From Eledone cirrhosa (taxonomy: Eukaryota): a stretch of 64,000 nucleotides of DNA. Below are positions 40,203 to 53,709 of this stretch, in pieces; position 1 is the stretch's first letter, and each line of letters opens with the position of its first letter. The stretch covers positions 5,704,001 through 5,768,000 of the forward strand of contig OZ024764.1 of the NCBI GenBank assembly GCA_964016885.1, given 5' to 3'. The translations under genes and the position numbers were made by a program. A model generated the notes under the pieces. The model saw only the letters and a list, made by a program, of their open reading frames with translations. It was not told where the DNA came from and did not search any database.

Positions 40203-40773
40203 ACTGGGTGCTTTTTGTCATGTCCCCTACACGACCACTTTACAGTGTGGACTGGGTACTTTTTGTTGTGTCCCCTACATGACCACTTTACAGTGTGGAC
40301 TAGGTACTTTTTTTCGTGTCCCCTACATGACCACTTTACAGTGTGGACTGGGTACTTTTTGTCATGTCCCCTACACGACCACTTTACAGTGTGGACTGGG
40401 TACTTTTTGTCATGTCCCCTACACGACCACTTTACAGTGTGGACTGGGTACTTTTTGTCATGTCCCCTACACGACCACTTTACAGTGTGGACTGGGTACT
40501 TTTTGTCATGTCCCCTACACGACCACTTTACAGTGTGGACTGGGTACTTTTTGTCATGTCCCCTACACGACCACTTTACAGTGTGGACTGGGTACTTTTT
40601 TTCGTGTCCCCTACATGACCACTTTACAGTGTGGACTGGGTACTTTTTGTCATGTCCCCTACACGACCACTTTACAGTGTGGACTGGGTACTTTTTGTCA
40701 TGTCCCCTACACGACCACTTTACAGTGTGGACTGGGTACTTTTTGTTGTGTCCCCTACACGACCACTTTACAG
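40203..40773. repeat. 48-bp minisatellite (~12 units) from the RTE-tail SINE, opposite orientation to the 36360 array
   Basis: tttacagtgtggactgggtactttttgtcatgtcccctacacgaccac. Confidence 0.92.
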
Positions 40774-41512
40774 CATCATGATCATGATCATCGATTAACG
40801 TCCATCTTCCACGCTAGCATGGGTTAGACGGGTCCTATTTTAAGGCAAGTTGTGTTGGATGACCGTGTCTCACTCAAATAGGGGTGTTTCTGGTTAGTTT
40901 TCTATGGCTAGATGCCCTTTCGTAACACCAACCACATTTACAGTGTGTGCTGGGCGCTTTTTGCCGTGACACCTACATGACCACTTTACAGTGTGGACGG
41001 GGGCGGGGGCGATGGCTTCATACTGTACATATGCTTCAGCTTTTTGCTCGTGGGAAGTCGGGTCTTCTGTATTACTGCACATCGCCAGAGATCCTGGTCA
41101 TGTATCATCTCCTCTGAAAGGTGTAATTGGGCAAGGTCGGCTTTTATCACCTCATCCCAGCTCTTCCTGGGTCCCCCCACTCCGCAGCTTCCAATGACTT
41201 TGAGCACTCTGCACTCTTTTATGCAGCTATCATCCTTCATACGCAACACATTCCCGTACAGTGGACAGAAATGGAAGGATGGGGTAGGGTGTGTGTGTGT
41301 GTGTGTGGAGGGGGGTATATTGGGTTAAGAGGTGCCTACCGACTGTAGGTTTAAGTTTATATGCAAGGGAAGGCGGGTCTTCTGTATAACTACATGGCAC
41401 CAAAGATCTCGATCCAGTGACATTGTCTTAGAGAGGTGTAAGTGAGCAAGGTCAGTTTTTATCACCTGGTAAATGAAAAACACTCAACCAAATGTGAAAT
41501 ATTCCAACTTAC

Positions 41513-41578
41513 TTTCCCAGACCTTGGTATTGACTTCTTCATAATTCTAGCAACATTGGCAATTGGCAGAAAACGGTC
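41513..41578 (-). CDS. NFYB: NF-YB exon (DRFLPIANVARIMKKSIPRSGK)
   Basis: Diagnostic DNA-binding helix; tttttacag acceptor and gtaagt donor; 66 nt, phase 0 to 0. Confidence 0.97.
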
Positions 41579-41644
41579 CTGTAAAAACAACAATAACATT
41601 ACTACTACTACTACTGCTACTATTACTACTACAACTAATAATAA

Positions 41645-41822
41645 TAATTGTTTCTACTTTAGGCACAAGGCCAGCAATTACCCAGTGCATTACTGGTACT
41701 TTATTTTATCGACCCCGTAAGGATGAAAGGCAAAGTCAACCTCGGCGAGATTTGAACTCAGACCGTAAAGGGACGTAACTATGCTGGAAAACATGGCATC
41801 TGACACTCTACCGATACTGTCA
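41645..41822 (-). mobile_element. tRNA-derived SINE (same family as 8690 and 9318)
   Basis: ggcacaaggccagcaatt...atcgaccccgtaaggatgaaaggcaaagtcaacctcggcgagatttgaactc. Another diverged copy at ~42635-42845. Confidence 0.8.
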
Positions 41823-41835
41823 AAATAATAATAAT

Positions 41836-42633
41836 ACAAGCCAACATCATAAAAAATGGATGCAACCCATTATGCCGTCTATGTAAAAAACAACCAGAGA
41901 CCATTGATCATATAATTTCAATGTGCAGTCCTATAGTTCCAACCGAATACCTAAACAGGCACGACAGAGTGGCACAATACATACATTGGATAATGTGTAA
42001 GCATTTTGACCTGCCCCATCAAAAGAATTGGTGGGAGCATCAACCACCTCCCATACTTGAAAAAGATCACATCTCAATTTTGAGGAACTTTAGCATCCAA
42101 ACAGACCAAAAAATAGATGCAAATAGACCTGATATAATACTGAAGGACTTTAAAAAGAGGGTATGCCTGCTAATTGATATGTCCGTTCCAATAGACAAGA
42201 ATGTATCTATAAAAACCTTTGAAAAATTGAGCAAGTATAAAGACCTGGAGATAGAGATTGGGAAAATGGGGAAGTTGAATACTAAAACAATACCAGTGGT
42301 TGTAGGGGCTCTAGGAATGATACCTAAGGGGTCTAATGATTACTTATCCCAAATCCCAGGAAACCCACGTATAGAAGAAATACAAAAGATAGTACTAATG
42401 GGAACTGGCCACATACTAAGGAAGATTCTGTCAATATAAGTACATCACAAGTCTAAACACCTAAAGATACATGTGTGTGTATGTATGTGTGTGTGTGTGT
42501 ATGTGTGTGTGTGTGTGTGTGTATTCTTTCTTGAACATGGTGGACCTTGTTGTCTCTCGAGGTCACTGGTTGTGACTTGGTGATAACTCGTATGAACATA
42601 AAGCAAGATAAATGAAATAATAATAATAATAAT
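41836..42633 (+). mobile_element. 5'-truncated R4/Dong-clade (RLE) non-LTR retrotransposon in a (TAA)n tract
   Basis: CCHC finger CRLC...ETIDHIISMC, YLNRHD, RPDIIL..LIDMSVP, K..KY..L restriction-like endonuclease motifs; flanked by (TAA)n on both sides. Confidence 0.85.
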
Positions 42634-42956
42634 TGTTTCTAATCTAGGCACAAGGCCAGCAATTTAGGGGAAGTGAAAATTAATTAAATCAACCCCAGTA
42701 CATTACTGGTACTTTATTGGCTCTGGAAGGGTGAAAGGTAAAGTTGACCTAAGTGGGATTTGAACTCAGAACTCAGTCTTAACTAAATACAGGTGTCTAT
42801 ATACTGCATGACATTTTACCTGATGCTCTACCTATTCTGCCTTTCCACTGCAACAACAACATGAATGAGAAAAACACAGTATACATGCTAACTAAGGTTA
42901 TATTTCGAGTATTTATAACATTAAAACTCACCTGTATATCATTAGTCACAACTCAC

Positions 42957-45900
42957 CTGTATATATACCTGTAAGGTGACAGAGAAATAATTAACTAGAC
43001 ACCTGTATATATATATATGTATACCTGTACAGTGACAGAGAGAGACCTAATTAACAAGACACCTGTATATACCTGTACAGTGACAGAGAGAGACCTAATT
43101 AACAAGACACCTGTATATACCTGTACAGTGACAGAGAGAGACCTAATTAACAAGACACCTGTATATACCTGTACAGTGACAGAGAGAGACCTAATTAACA
43201 AGACACCTGTATATACCTGTACTGTGACAGAGAGAGACCTAATTAACAAGACACCTGTATATACCTGTACAGTGAGAGAGAGAGACCTAATTAACAAGAC
43301 ACCTGTATATACCTGTACAGTGAGAGAGAGAGACCTAATTAACAAGACACCTGTATATACCTGTACAGTGACAGAAAGAGACCTAATTAACAAGACACCT
43401 GTACATACCTGTACAGTGACAGAAAGAGACCTAATTAACAAGACACCTGTATATACCTGTACAGTGACAGAAAGAGACCTAATTAACAAGACACCTGTAT
43501 ATACCTGTACAGTGACAGAAAGACCTAATTAACAAGACACCTGTATATACCTGTACAGTGACAGAAAGACCTAATTAACAAGACACCTGTATATACCTGT
43601 ACAGTGACAGAAAGAGACCTAATTAACAAGACACCTGTATATACCTGTACAGTGACAGAAAGACCTAATTAACAAGACACCTGTATATACCTGTACAGTG
43701 ACAGAAAGACCTAATTAACAAGACACCTGTATATACCTGTACAGTGACAGAAAGAGACCTAATTAACAAGACACCTGTATATACCTGTACAGTGACAGAA
43801 AGACCTAATTAACAAGACACCTGTATATACCTGTACAGTGACAGAGAGACCTAATTAACAAGACACCTGTATATACCTGTACAGTGACAGAAAGAGACCT
43901 AATTAACAAGACACCTGTACATACCTGTACAGTGAGAGAAAGAGACCTAATTAACAAGACACCTGTACATACCTGTACAGTGAGAGAGAAAGACCTAATT
44001 AACAAGACACCTGTATATACCTGTACAGTGACAGAGAGAGACCTAATTAACAAGACACCTGTACATACCTGTACAGTGACAGAAAGAGACCTAATTAACA
44101 AGACACCTGTATATACCTGTACAGTGACAGAGAGACCTAATTAACAAGACACCTGTATATACCTGTACAGTGACAGAGAGACCTAATTAACAAGACACCT
44201 GTATATACCTGTACAGTGACAGAGAGACCTAATTAACAAGACACCTGTATATACCTGTACAGTGACAGAGAAAGACCTAATTAACAAGACACCTGTATAT
44301 ACCTGTACAGTGACAGAGAGACCTAATTAACAAGACACCTGTACATACCTGTACAGTGAGAGAGAGACCTAATTAACAAGACACCTGTATATACCTGTAC
44401 AGTGACAGAAAGAGACCTAATTAACAAGACACCTGTATATACCTGTACAGTGACAGAAAGAGACCTAATTAACAAGACACCTGTATATACCTGTACAGTG
44501 ACAGAAAGAGACCTAATTAACAAGACACCTGTATATACCTGTACAGTGACAGAGAGACCTAATTAACAAGACACCTGTATATACCTGTACAGTGACAGAG
44601 AGACCTAATTAACAAGACACCTGTATATACCTGTACAGTGACAGAAAGAGACCTAATTAACAAGACACCTGTATATACCTGTACAGTGACAGAAAGAGAC
44701 CTAATTAACAAGACACCTGTATATACCTGTACAGTGACAGAGAGACCTAATTAACAAGACACCTGTATATACCTGTACAGTGACAGAGAGACCTAATTAA
44801 CAAGACACCTGTATATACCTGTACAGTGACAGAAAGAGACCTAATTAACAAGACACCTGTATATACCTGTACAGTGACAGAAAGAGACCTAATTAACAAG
44901 ACACCTGTATATACCTGTACAGTGACAGAGAGACCTAATTAACAAGACACCTGTATATACCTGTACAGTGAGAGAGAGACCTAATTAACAAGACACCTGT
45001 ATATACCTGTACAGTGACAGAGAGAGACCTAATTAACAAGACACCTGTACATACCTGTACAGTGACAGAAAGAGACCTAATTAACAAGACACCTGTATAT
45101 ACCTGTACTGTGACAGAGAGAGACCTAATTAACAAGACACCTGTACATACCTGTACAGTGACAGAGAGACCTAATTAACAAGACACCTGTATATACCTGT
45201 ACAGTGACAGAAAGAGACCTAATTAACAAGACACCTGTATATACCTGTACAGTGACAGAAAGAGACCTAATTAACAAGACACCTGTATATACCTGTACAG
45301 TGACAGAGAGAGACCTAATTAACAAGACACCTGTATATACCTGTACAGTGACAGAAAGAGACCTAATTAACAAGACAGCTGTATATACCTGTACAGTGAG
45401 AGAGAGAGACCTAATTAACAAGACACCTGTACATACCTGTACAGTGACAGAGAGACCTAATTAACAAGACACCTGTATATACCTGTACTGTGACAGAGAG
45501 AGACCTAATTAACAAGACACCTGTATATACCTGTACAGTGACAGAAAGAGACCTAATTAACAAGACACCTGTATATACCTGTACAGTGACAGAGAGAGAC
45601 CTAATTAACAAGACACCTGTATATACCTGTACAGTGACAGAAAGAGACCTAATTAACAAGACACCTGTATATACCTGTACTGTGACAGAGAGAGACCTAA
45701 TTAACAAGACACCTGTATATACCTGTACAGTGACAGAAAGAGACCTAATTAACAAGACACCTGTATATACCTGTACAGTGAGAGAGAGACCTAATTAACA
45801 AGACACCTGTATATACCTGTACAGTGACAGAAAGAGACCTAATTAACAAGACACCTGTATATACCTGTACAGTGAGAGAGAGACCTAATTAACAAGACAC

Positions 45901-48900
45901 CTGTATATACCTGTACAGTGACAGAAAGAGACCTAATTAACAAGACACCTGTATATACCTGTACAGTGAGAGAGAGACCTAATTAACAAGACACCTGTAT
46001 ATACCTGTACAGTGACAGAAAGAGACCTAATTAACAAGACAGCTGTATATACCTGTACAGTGAGAGAGAGAGACCTAATTAACAAGACACCTGTACATAC
46101 CTGTACAGTGACAGAGAGACCTAATTAACAAGACACCTGTATATACCTGTACTGTGACAGAGAGAGACCTAATTAACAAGACACCTGTATATACCTGTAC
46201 AGTGACAGAAAGAGACCTAATTAACAAGACACCTGTATATACCTGTACAGTGACAGAGAGAGACCTAATTAACAAGACACCTGTATATACCTGTACAGTG
46301 ACAGAAAGAGACCTAATTAACAAGACACCTGTATATACCTGTACTGTGACAGAGAGAGACCTAATTAACAAGACACCTGTATATACCTGTACAGTGACAG
46401 AAAGAGACCTAATTAACAAGACACCTGTATATACCTGTACAGTGAGAGAGAGACCTAATTAACAAGACACCTGTATATACCTGTACAGTGACAGAAAGAG
46501 ACCTAATTAACAAGACACCTGTATATACCTGTACAGTGAGAGAGAGACCTAATTAACAAGACACCTGTATATACCTGTACAGTGACAGAAAGAGACCTAA
46601 TTAACAAGACACCTGTATATACCTGTACAGTGAGAGAGAGACCTAATTAACAAGACACCTGTATATACCTGTACAGTGACAGAAAGAGACCTAATTAACA
46701 AGACACCTGTATATACCTGTACAGTGAGAGAGAGACCTAATTAACAAGACACCTGTATATACCTGTACAGTGACAGAAAGAGACCTAATTAACAAGACAC
46801 CTGTACATACCTGTACAGTGACAGAGAGAGACCTAATTAACAAGACACCTGTATATACCTGTACAGTGACAGAAAGAGACCTAATTAACAAGACACCTGT
46901 ATATACCTGTACAGTGACAGAGAGACCTAATTAACAAGACACCTGTATATACCTGTACAGTGATAGAGAGACCTAATTAACAAGACACCTGTATATACCT
47001 GTACAGTGACAGAAAGAGACCTAATTAACAAGACACCTGTATATACCTGTACAGTGACAGAAAGAGACCTAATTAACAAGACACCTGTATATACCTGTAC
47101 AGTGATAGAGAGACCTAATTAACAAGACACCTGTATATACCTGTACAGTGACAGAAAGAGACCTAATTAACAAGACACCTGTATATACCTGTACAGTGAT
47201 AGAGAGACCTAATTAACAAGACACCTGTATATACCTGTACAGTGACAGAAAGAGACCTAATTAACAAGACACCTGTATATACCTGTACAGTGACAGAGAG
47301 AGACCTAATTAACAAGACACCTGTATATACCTGTACAGTGACAGAGAGACCTAATTAACAAGACACCTGTATATACCTGTACAGTGACAGAGAGACCTAA
47401 TTAACAAGACACCTGTATATACCTGTACAGTGACAGAGAGAGACCTAATTAACAAGACACCTGTATATACCTGTACAGTGATAGAGAGACCTAATTAACA
47501 AGACACCTGTATATACCTGTACAGTGACAGAAAGAGACCTAATTAACAAGACACCTGTACATACCTGTACAGTGACAGAGAGACCTAATTAACAAGACAC
47601 CTGTATATACCTGTACAGTGACAGAAAGAGACCTAATTAACAAGACACCTGTATATACCTGTACAGTGACAGAAAGAGACCTAATTAACAAGACACCTGT
47701 ATATACCTGTACAGTGACAGAGAGAGACCTAATTAACAAGACACCTGTATATACCTGTACAGTGATAGAGAGACCTAATTAACAAGACACCTGTATATAC
47801 CTGTACAGTGACAGAGAGAGACCTAATTAACAAGACACCTGTATATACCTGTACAGTGAGAGAGAGAGACCTAATTAACAAGACACCTGTATATACCTGT
47901 ACAGTGACAGAAAGAGACCTAATTAACAAGACACCTGTATATACCTGTACAGTGACAGAAAGAGACCTAATTAACAAGACACCTGTATATACCTGTACAG
48001 TGACAGAGAGAGACCTAATTAACAAGACACCTGTATATACCTGTACAGTGACAGAAAGACCTAATTAACAAGACACCTGTATATACCTGTACAGTGACAG
48101 AAAGACCTAATTAACAAGACACCTGTATATACCTGTACAGTGACAGAAAGAGACCTAATTAACAAGACACCTGTATATACCTGTACAGTGACAGAAAGAC
48201 CTAATTAACAAGACACCTGTATATACCTGTACAGTGACAGAAAGAGACCTAATTAACAAGACACCTGTATATACCTGTACTGTGACAGAAAGAGACCTAA
48301 TTAACAAGACACCTGTATATACCTGTACAGTGAGAGAGAGACCTAATTAACAAGACACCTGTATATACCTGTACAGTGATAGAGAGACCTAATTAACAAG
48401 ACACCTGTACATACCTGTACAGTGACAGAGAGACCTAATTAACAAGACACCTGTATATACCTGTACAGTGACAGAAAGAGACCTAATTAACAAGACACCT
48501 GTACATACCTGTACAGTGACAGAGAGACCTAATTAACAAGACACCTGTATATACCTGTACAGTGACAGAGAGACCTAATTAACAAGACACCTGTATATAC
48601 CTGTACAGTGACAGAGAGACCTAATTAACAAGACACCTGTATATACCTGTACAGTGACAGAAAGAGACCTAATTAACAAGACACCTGTATATACCTGTAC
48701 AGTGACAGAGAGACCTAATTAACAAGACACCTGTATATACCTGTACAGTGACAGAAAGAGACCTAATTAACAAGACACCTGTATATACCTGTACAGTGAC
48801 AGAGAGAGACCTAATTAACAAGACACCTGTATATACCTGTACAGTGACAGAGAGAGACCTAATTAACAAGACACCTGTATATACCTGTACAGTGACAGAG

Positions 48901-51900
48901 AGAGACCTAATTAACAAGACACCTGTATATACCTGTACTGTGACAGAGAGAGACCTAATTAACAAGACACCTGTATATACCTGTACAGTGACAGAGAGAG
49001 ACCTAATTAACAAGACACCTGTATATACCTGTACAGTGACAGAAAGACCTAATTAACAAGACACCTGTATATACCTGTACAGTGACAGAAAGACCTAATT
49101 AACAAGACACCTGTATATACCTGTACAGTGACAGAAAGAGACCTAATTAACAAGACACCTGTATATACCTGTACAGTGACAGAAAGAGACCTAATTAACA
49201 AGACACCTGTATATACCTGTACTGTGACAGAGAGAGACCTAATTAACAAGACACCTGTATATACCTGTACAGTGACAGAGAGAGACCTAATTAACAAGAC
49301 ACCTGTATATACCTGTACAGTGACAGAAAGACCTAATTAACAAGACACCTGTATATACCTGTACAGTGACAGAGAGACCTAATTAACAAGACACCTGTAT
49401 ATACCTGTACAGTGACAGAGAGACCTAATTAACAAGACACCTGTATATACCTGTACAGTGACAGAAAGACCTAATTAACAAGACACCTGTATATACCTGT
49501 ACAGTGACAGAGAGACCTAATTAACAAGACACCTGTATATACCTGTACAGTGACAGAGAGACCTAATTAACAAGACACCTGTATATACCTGTACAGTGAC
49601 AGAGAGACCTAATTAACAAGACACCTGTATATACCTGTACAGTGACAGAAAGAGACCTAATTAACAAGACACCTGTACATACCTGTACAGTGACAGAGAG
49701 AGACCTAATTAACAAGACACCTGTACATACCTGTACAGTGACAGAGAGAGACCTAATTAACAAGACACCTGTATATACCTGTACAGTGACAGAGAGACCT
49801 AATTAACAAGACACCTGTATATACCTGTACAGTGACAGAGAGACCTAATTAACAAGACACCTGTACATACCTGTACAGTGACAGAAAGAGACCTAATTAA
49901 CAAGACACCTGTACATACCTGTACAGTGACAGAGAGAGACCTAATTAACAAGACACCTGTATATACCTGTACAGTGACAGAGAGACCTAATTAACAAGAC
50001 ACCTGTATATACCTGTACAGTGACAGAGAGACCTAATTAACAAGACACCTGTACATACCTGTACAGTGACAGAAAGAGACCTAATTAACAAGACACCTGT
50101 ATATACCTGTACTGTGACAGAGAGAGACCTAATTAACAAGACACCTGTACATACCTGTACAGTGACAGAGAGAGACCTAATTAACAAGACACCTGTATAT
50201 ACCTGTACAGTGACAGAGAGACCTAATTAACAAGACACCTGTATATACCTGTACAGTGACAGAGAGACCTAATTAACAAGACACCTGTATATACCTGTAC
50301 AGTGACAGAGAAAGACCTAATTAACAAGACACCTGTATATACCTGTACAGTGACAGAAAGAGACCTAATTAACAAGACACCTGTATATACCTGTACAGTG
50401 ACAGAGAGAGACCTAATTAACAAGACACCTGTATATACCTGTACAGTGAGAGAGAGAGACCTAATTAACAAGACACCTGTATATACCTGTACAGTGACAG
50501 AGAGACCTAATTAACAAGACACCTGTATATACCTGTACAGTGAGAGAGAGAGACCTAATTAACAAGACACCTGTATATACCTGTACAGTGAGAGAGAGAG
50601 ACCTAATTAACAAGACACCTGTATATACCTGTACAGTGACAGAAAGAGACCTAATTAACAAGACACCTGTACATACCTGTACAGTGACAGAGAGAGACCT
50701 AATTAACAAGACACCTGTATATACCTGTACAGTGACAGAGAGAGACCTAATTAACAAGACACCTGTATATACCTGTACAGTGACAGAAAGACCTAATTAA
50801 CAAGACACCTGTATATACCTGTACAGTGAGAGAAAGAGACCTAATTAACAAGACACCTGTATATACCTGTACAGTGACAGAGAGACCTAATTAACAAGAC
50901 ACCTGTACATACCTGTACAGTGACAGAGAGAGACCTAATTAACAAGACACCTGTACATACCTGTACAGTGACAGAAAGAGACCTAATTAACAAGACACCT
51001 GTACATACCTGTACAGTGACAGAAAGAGACCTAATTAACAAGACACCTGTACATACCTGTACAGTGACAGAGAGAGACCTAATTAACAAGACACCTGTAC
51101 ATACCTGTACAGTGACAGAGAGAGACCTAATTAACAAGACACCTGTATATACCTGTACAGTGACAGAGAGACCTAATTAACAAGACACCTGTATATACCT
51201 GTACAGTGACAGAGAGACCTAATTAACAAGACACCTGTATATACCTGTACAGTGACAGAGAGAGACCTAATTAACAAGACACCTGTATATACCTGTACAG
51301 TGACAGAGAAAGACCTAATTAACAAGACACCTGTATATACCTGTACAGTGAGAGAGAGACCTAATTAACAAGACACCTGTATATACCTGTACAGTGACAG
51401 AGAGACCTAATTAACAAGACACCTGTATATACCTGTACAGTGAGAGAGAGACCTAATTAACAAGACACCTGTATATACCTGTACAGTGACAGAAAGAGAC
51501 CTAATTAACAAGACACCTGTACATACCTGTACAGTGACAGAAAGAGACCTAATTAACAAGACACCTGTACATACCTGTACAGTGACAGAGAGACCTAATT
51601 AACAAGACACCTGTATATACCTGTACAGTGACAGAGAGACCTAATTAACAAGACACCTGTATATACCTGTACAGTGACAGAGAGAGACCTAATTAACAAG
51701 ACACCTGTATATACCTGTACAGTGACAGAGAGACCTAATTAACAAGACACCTGTATATACCTGTACAGTGACAGAGAGACCTAATTAACAAGACACCTGT
51801 ATATAGCTGTACAGTGAGAGAGAGACCTAATTAACAAGACACCTGTATATACCTGTACAGTGACAGAGAGAGACCTAATTAACAAGACACCTGTATATAC

Positions 51901-52575
51901 CTGTACAGTGACAGAAAGAGACCTAATTAACAAGACACCTGTATATACCTGTACAGTGACAGAAAGAGACCTAATTAACAAGACACCTGTATATACCTGT
52001 ACAGTGACAGAAAGAGACCTAATTAACAAGACACCTGTATATACCTGTACAGTGAGAGAAAGAGACCTAATTAACAAGACACCTGTATATACCTGTACAG
52101 TGACAGAGAGAGACCTAATTAACAAGACACCTGTATATACCTGTACAGTGACAGAGAGACCTAATTAACAAGACACCTGTATATACCTGTACAGTGACAG
52201 AGAGACCTAATTAACAAGACACCTGTATATACCTGTACAGTGAGAGAGAGAGACCTAATTAACAAGACACCTGTATATACCTGTACAGTGACAGAGAGAG
52301 ACCTAATTAACAAGACACCTGTATATACCTGTACAGTGACAGAGAGACCTAATTAACAAGACACCTGTATATACCTGTACAGTGACAGAAAGAGACCTAA
52401 TTAACAAGACACCTGTATATACCTGTACAGTGACAGAAAGACCTAATTAACAAGACACCTGTATATACCTGTACAGTGACAGAAAGAGACCTAATTAATA
52501 AGACACCTGTATATACCTGTACAGTGACAGAAAGAGACCTAATTAACAAGACACCTGTATATACCTGTACAGTGA
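42957..52575. repeat. ~9.6-kb 46/48-bp satellite (~200 units) filling an NF-YB intron
   Basis: Unit cacctgtatatacctgtacagtgacagaaagagacctaattaacaaga; length varies by one AG dinucleotide. Confidence 0.97.
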
Positions 52576-52591
52576 TAAAAGAGGGATTTAC

Positions 52592-52662
52592 CTGTTCTCG
52601 TAGTGGTTCATCCAGTCTGAAATCTCCTTCACCCTCGCCGGAGGACACCATACCATCATCAT
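52592..52662 (-). CDS. NFYB: NF-YB exon (xDDGMVSSGEGEGDFRLDEPLREQ); upstream exons not found in window
   Basis: ccccaccacttcag acceptor and CAG|gtaaat donor; the LREQ end joins in phase 0 to DRFLPIAN, giving the conserved REQDRFLP motif. Confidence 0.9.
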
Positions 52663-52718
52663 CTGAAGTGGTGGGGATAGTGACAGGTGGTTAATGTGAG
52701 AGAGTGGGGGAAGGAGGG

Positions 52719-53700
52719 ACAGACAGACAGACAGACAGATAGATAGATAGACAGGTAAAAAGATATATATATATATAGATAGATAGATAAACAGATACAT
52801 ATATAGACATAGATAGATAGACACATAAAAAGATATATATATAGATAAACAGATACATATATAGACAGATAGACAGGTAAAAAGATATATATATAGATAG
52901 ATAGCAAGATACATAGATAGATAGACATAGATAGATAGACACATAAAAAGATATATATATAGATAGATAGCAAGATACATAGATAGATAGACATAGATAG
53001 ATAGACATAGATAGATAGACACATAAAAAGATATATATATAGATAGATAGCAAGATACATAGATAGATAGACATAGATAGATAGACACATAAAAAGATAT
53101 ATATATAGATAGATAGCAAGATACATAGATAGATAGACATAGATAGATAGACACATAAAAAGATATATATATAGATAGATAGCAAGATACATAGATAGAT
53201 AGACATAGATAGATAGACACATAAAAAGATATATATATAGATAGATAGCAAGATACATAGATAGATAGACATAGATAGATAGACACATAAAAAGATATAT
53301 ATATAGATAGATAGCAAGATACATAGATAGATAGACACATAAAAAGATATATATATATAGATAAACAGATACATATATAGACATAGATAGATAGACACAT
53401 AAAAAGATATATATATATAGATAAACAGATACATATATAGACATAGATAGATAGACACATAAAAAGATATATATATATAGATAAACAGATACATATATAG
53501 ACATAGATAGATAGACACATAAAAAGATATATATATAGATAAACAGATACATATATAGACATAGATAGATAGACACATAAAAAGATATATATATATATAG
53601 ATAGCGAGATACATATATAGATAGACATAGATAGATAGACACATAAAAAGATAAATAGCTAGGTACATAGACAGGGGGTTATCTAGCTAGACAGATAGAT
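52719..53700. repeat. (GATA)n/(GACA)n-based compound minisatellite
   Basis: Direct inspection; ~60-bp higher-order units. Confidence 0.92.
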
Positions 53701-53709
53701 GGATAACAG

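Noticed and set aside
42995-52168. Repetitive ORFs (TERDLINKTPVYTCTV / LLIRSLSVTVQVYTGV)
   Set aside because: 48-bp satellite units repeatedly frameshifted by 46-bp variants; intronic to NF-YB.
52588-53668. 325-346-aa hydrophobic ORFs on the minus strand
   Set aside because: Translation of a GATA-based compound repeat.
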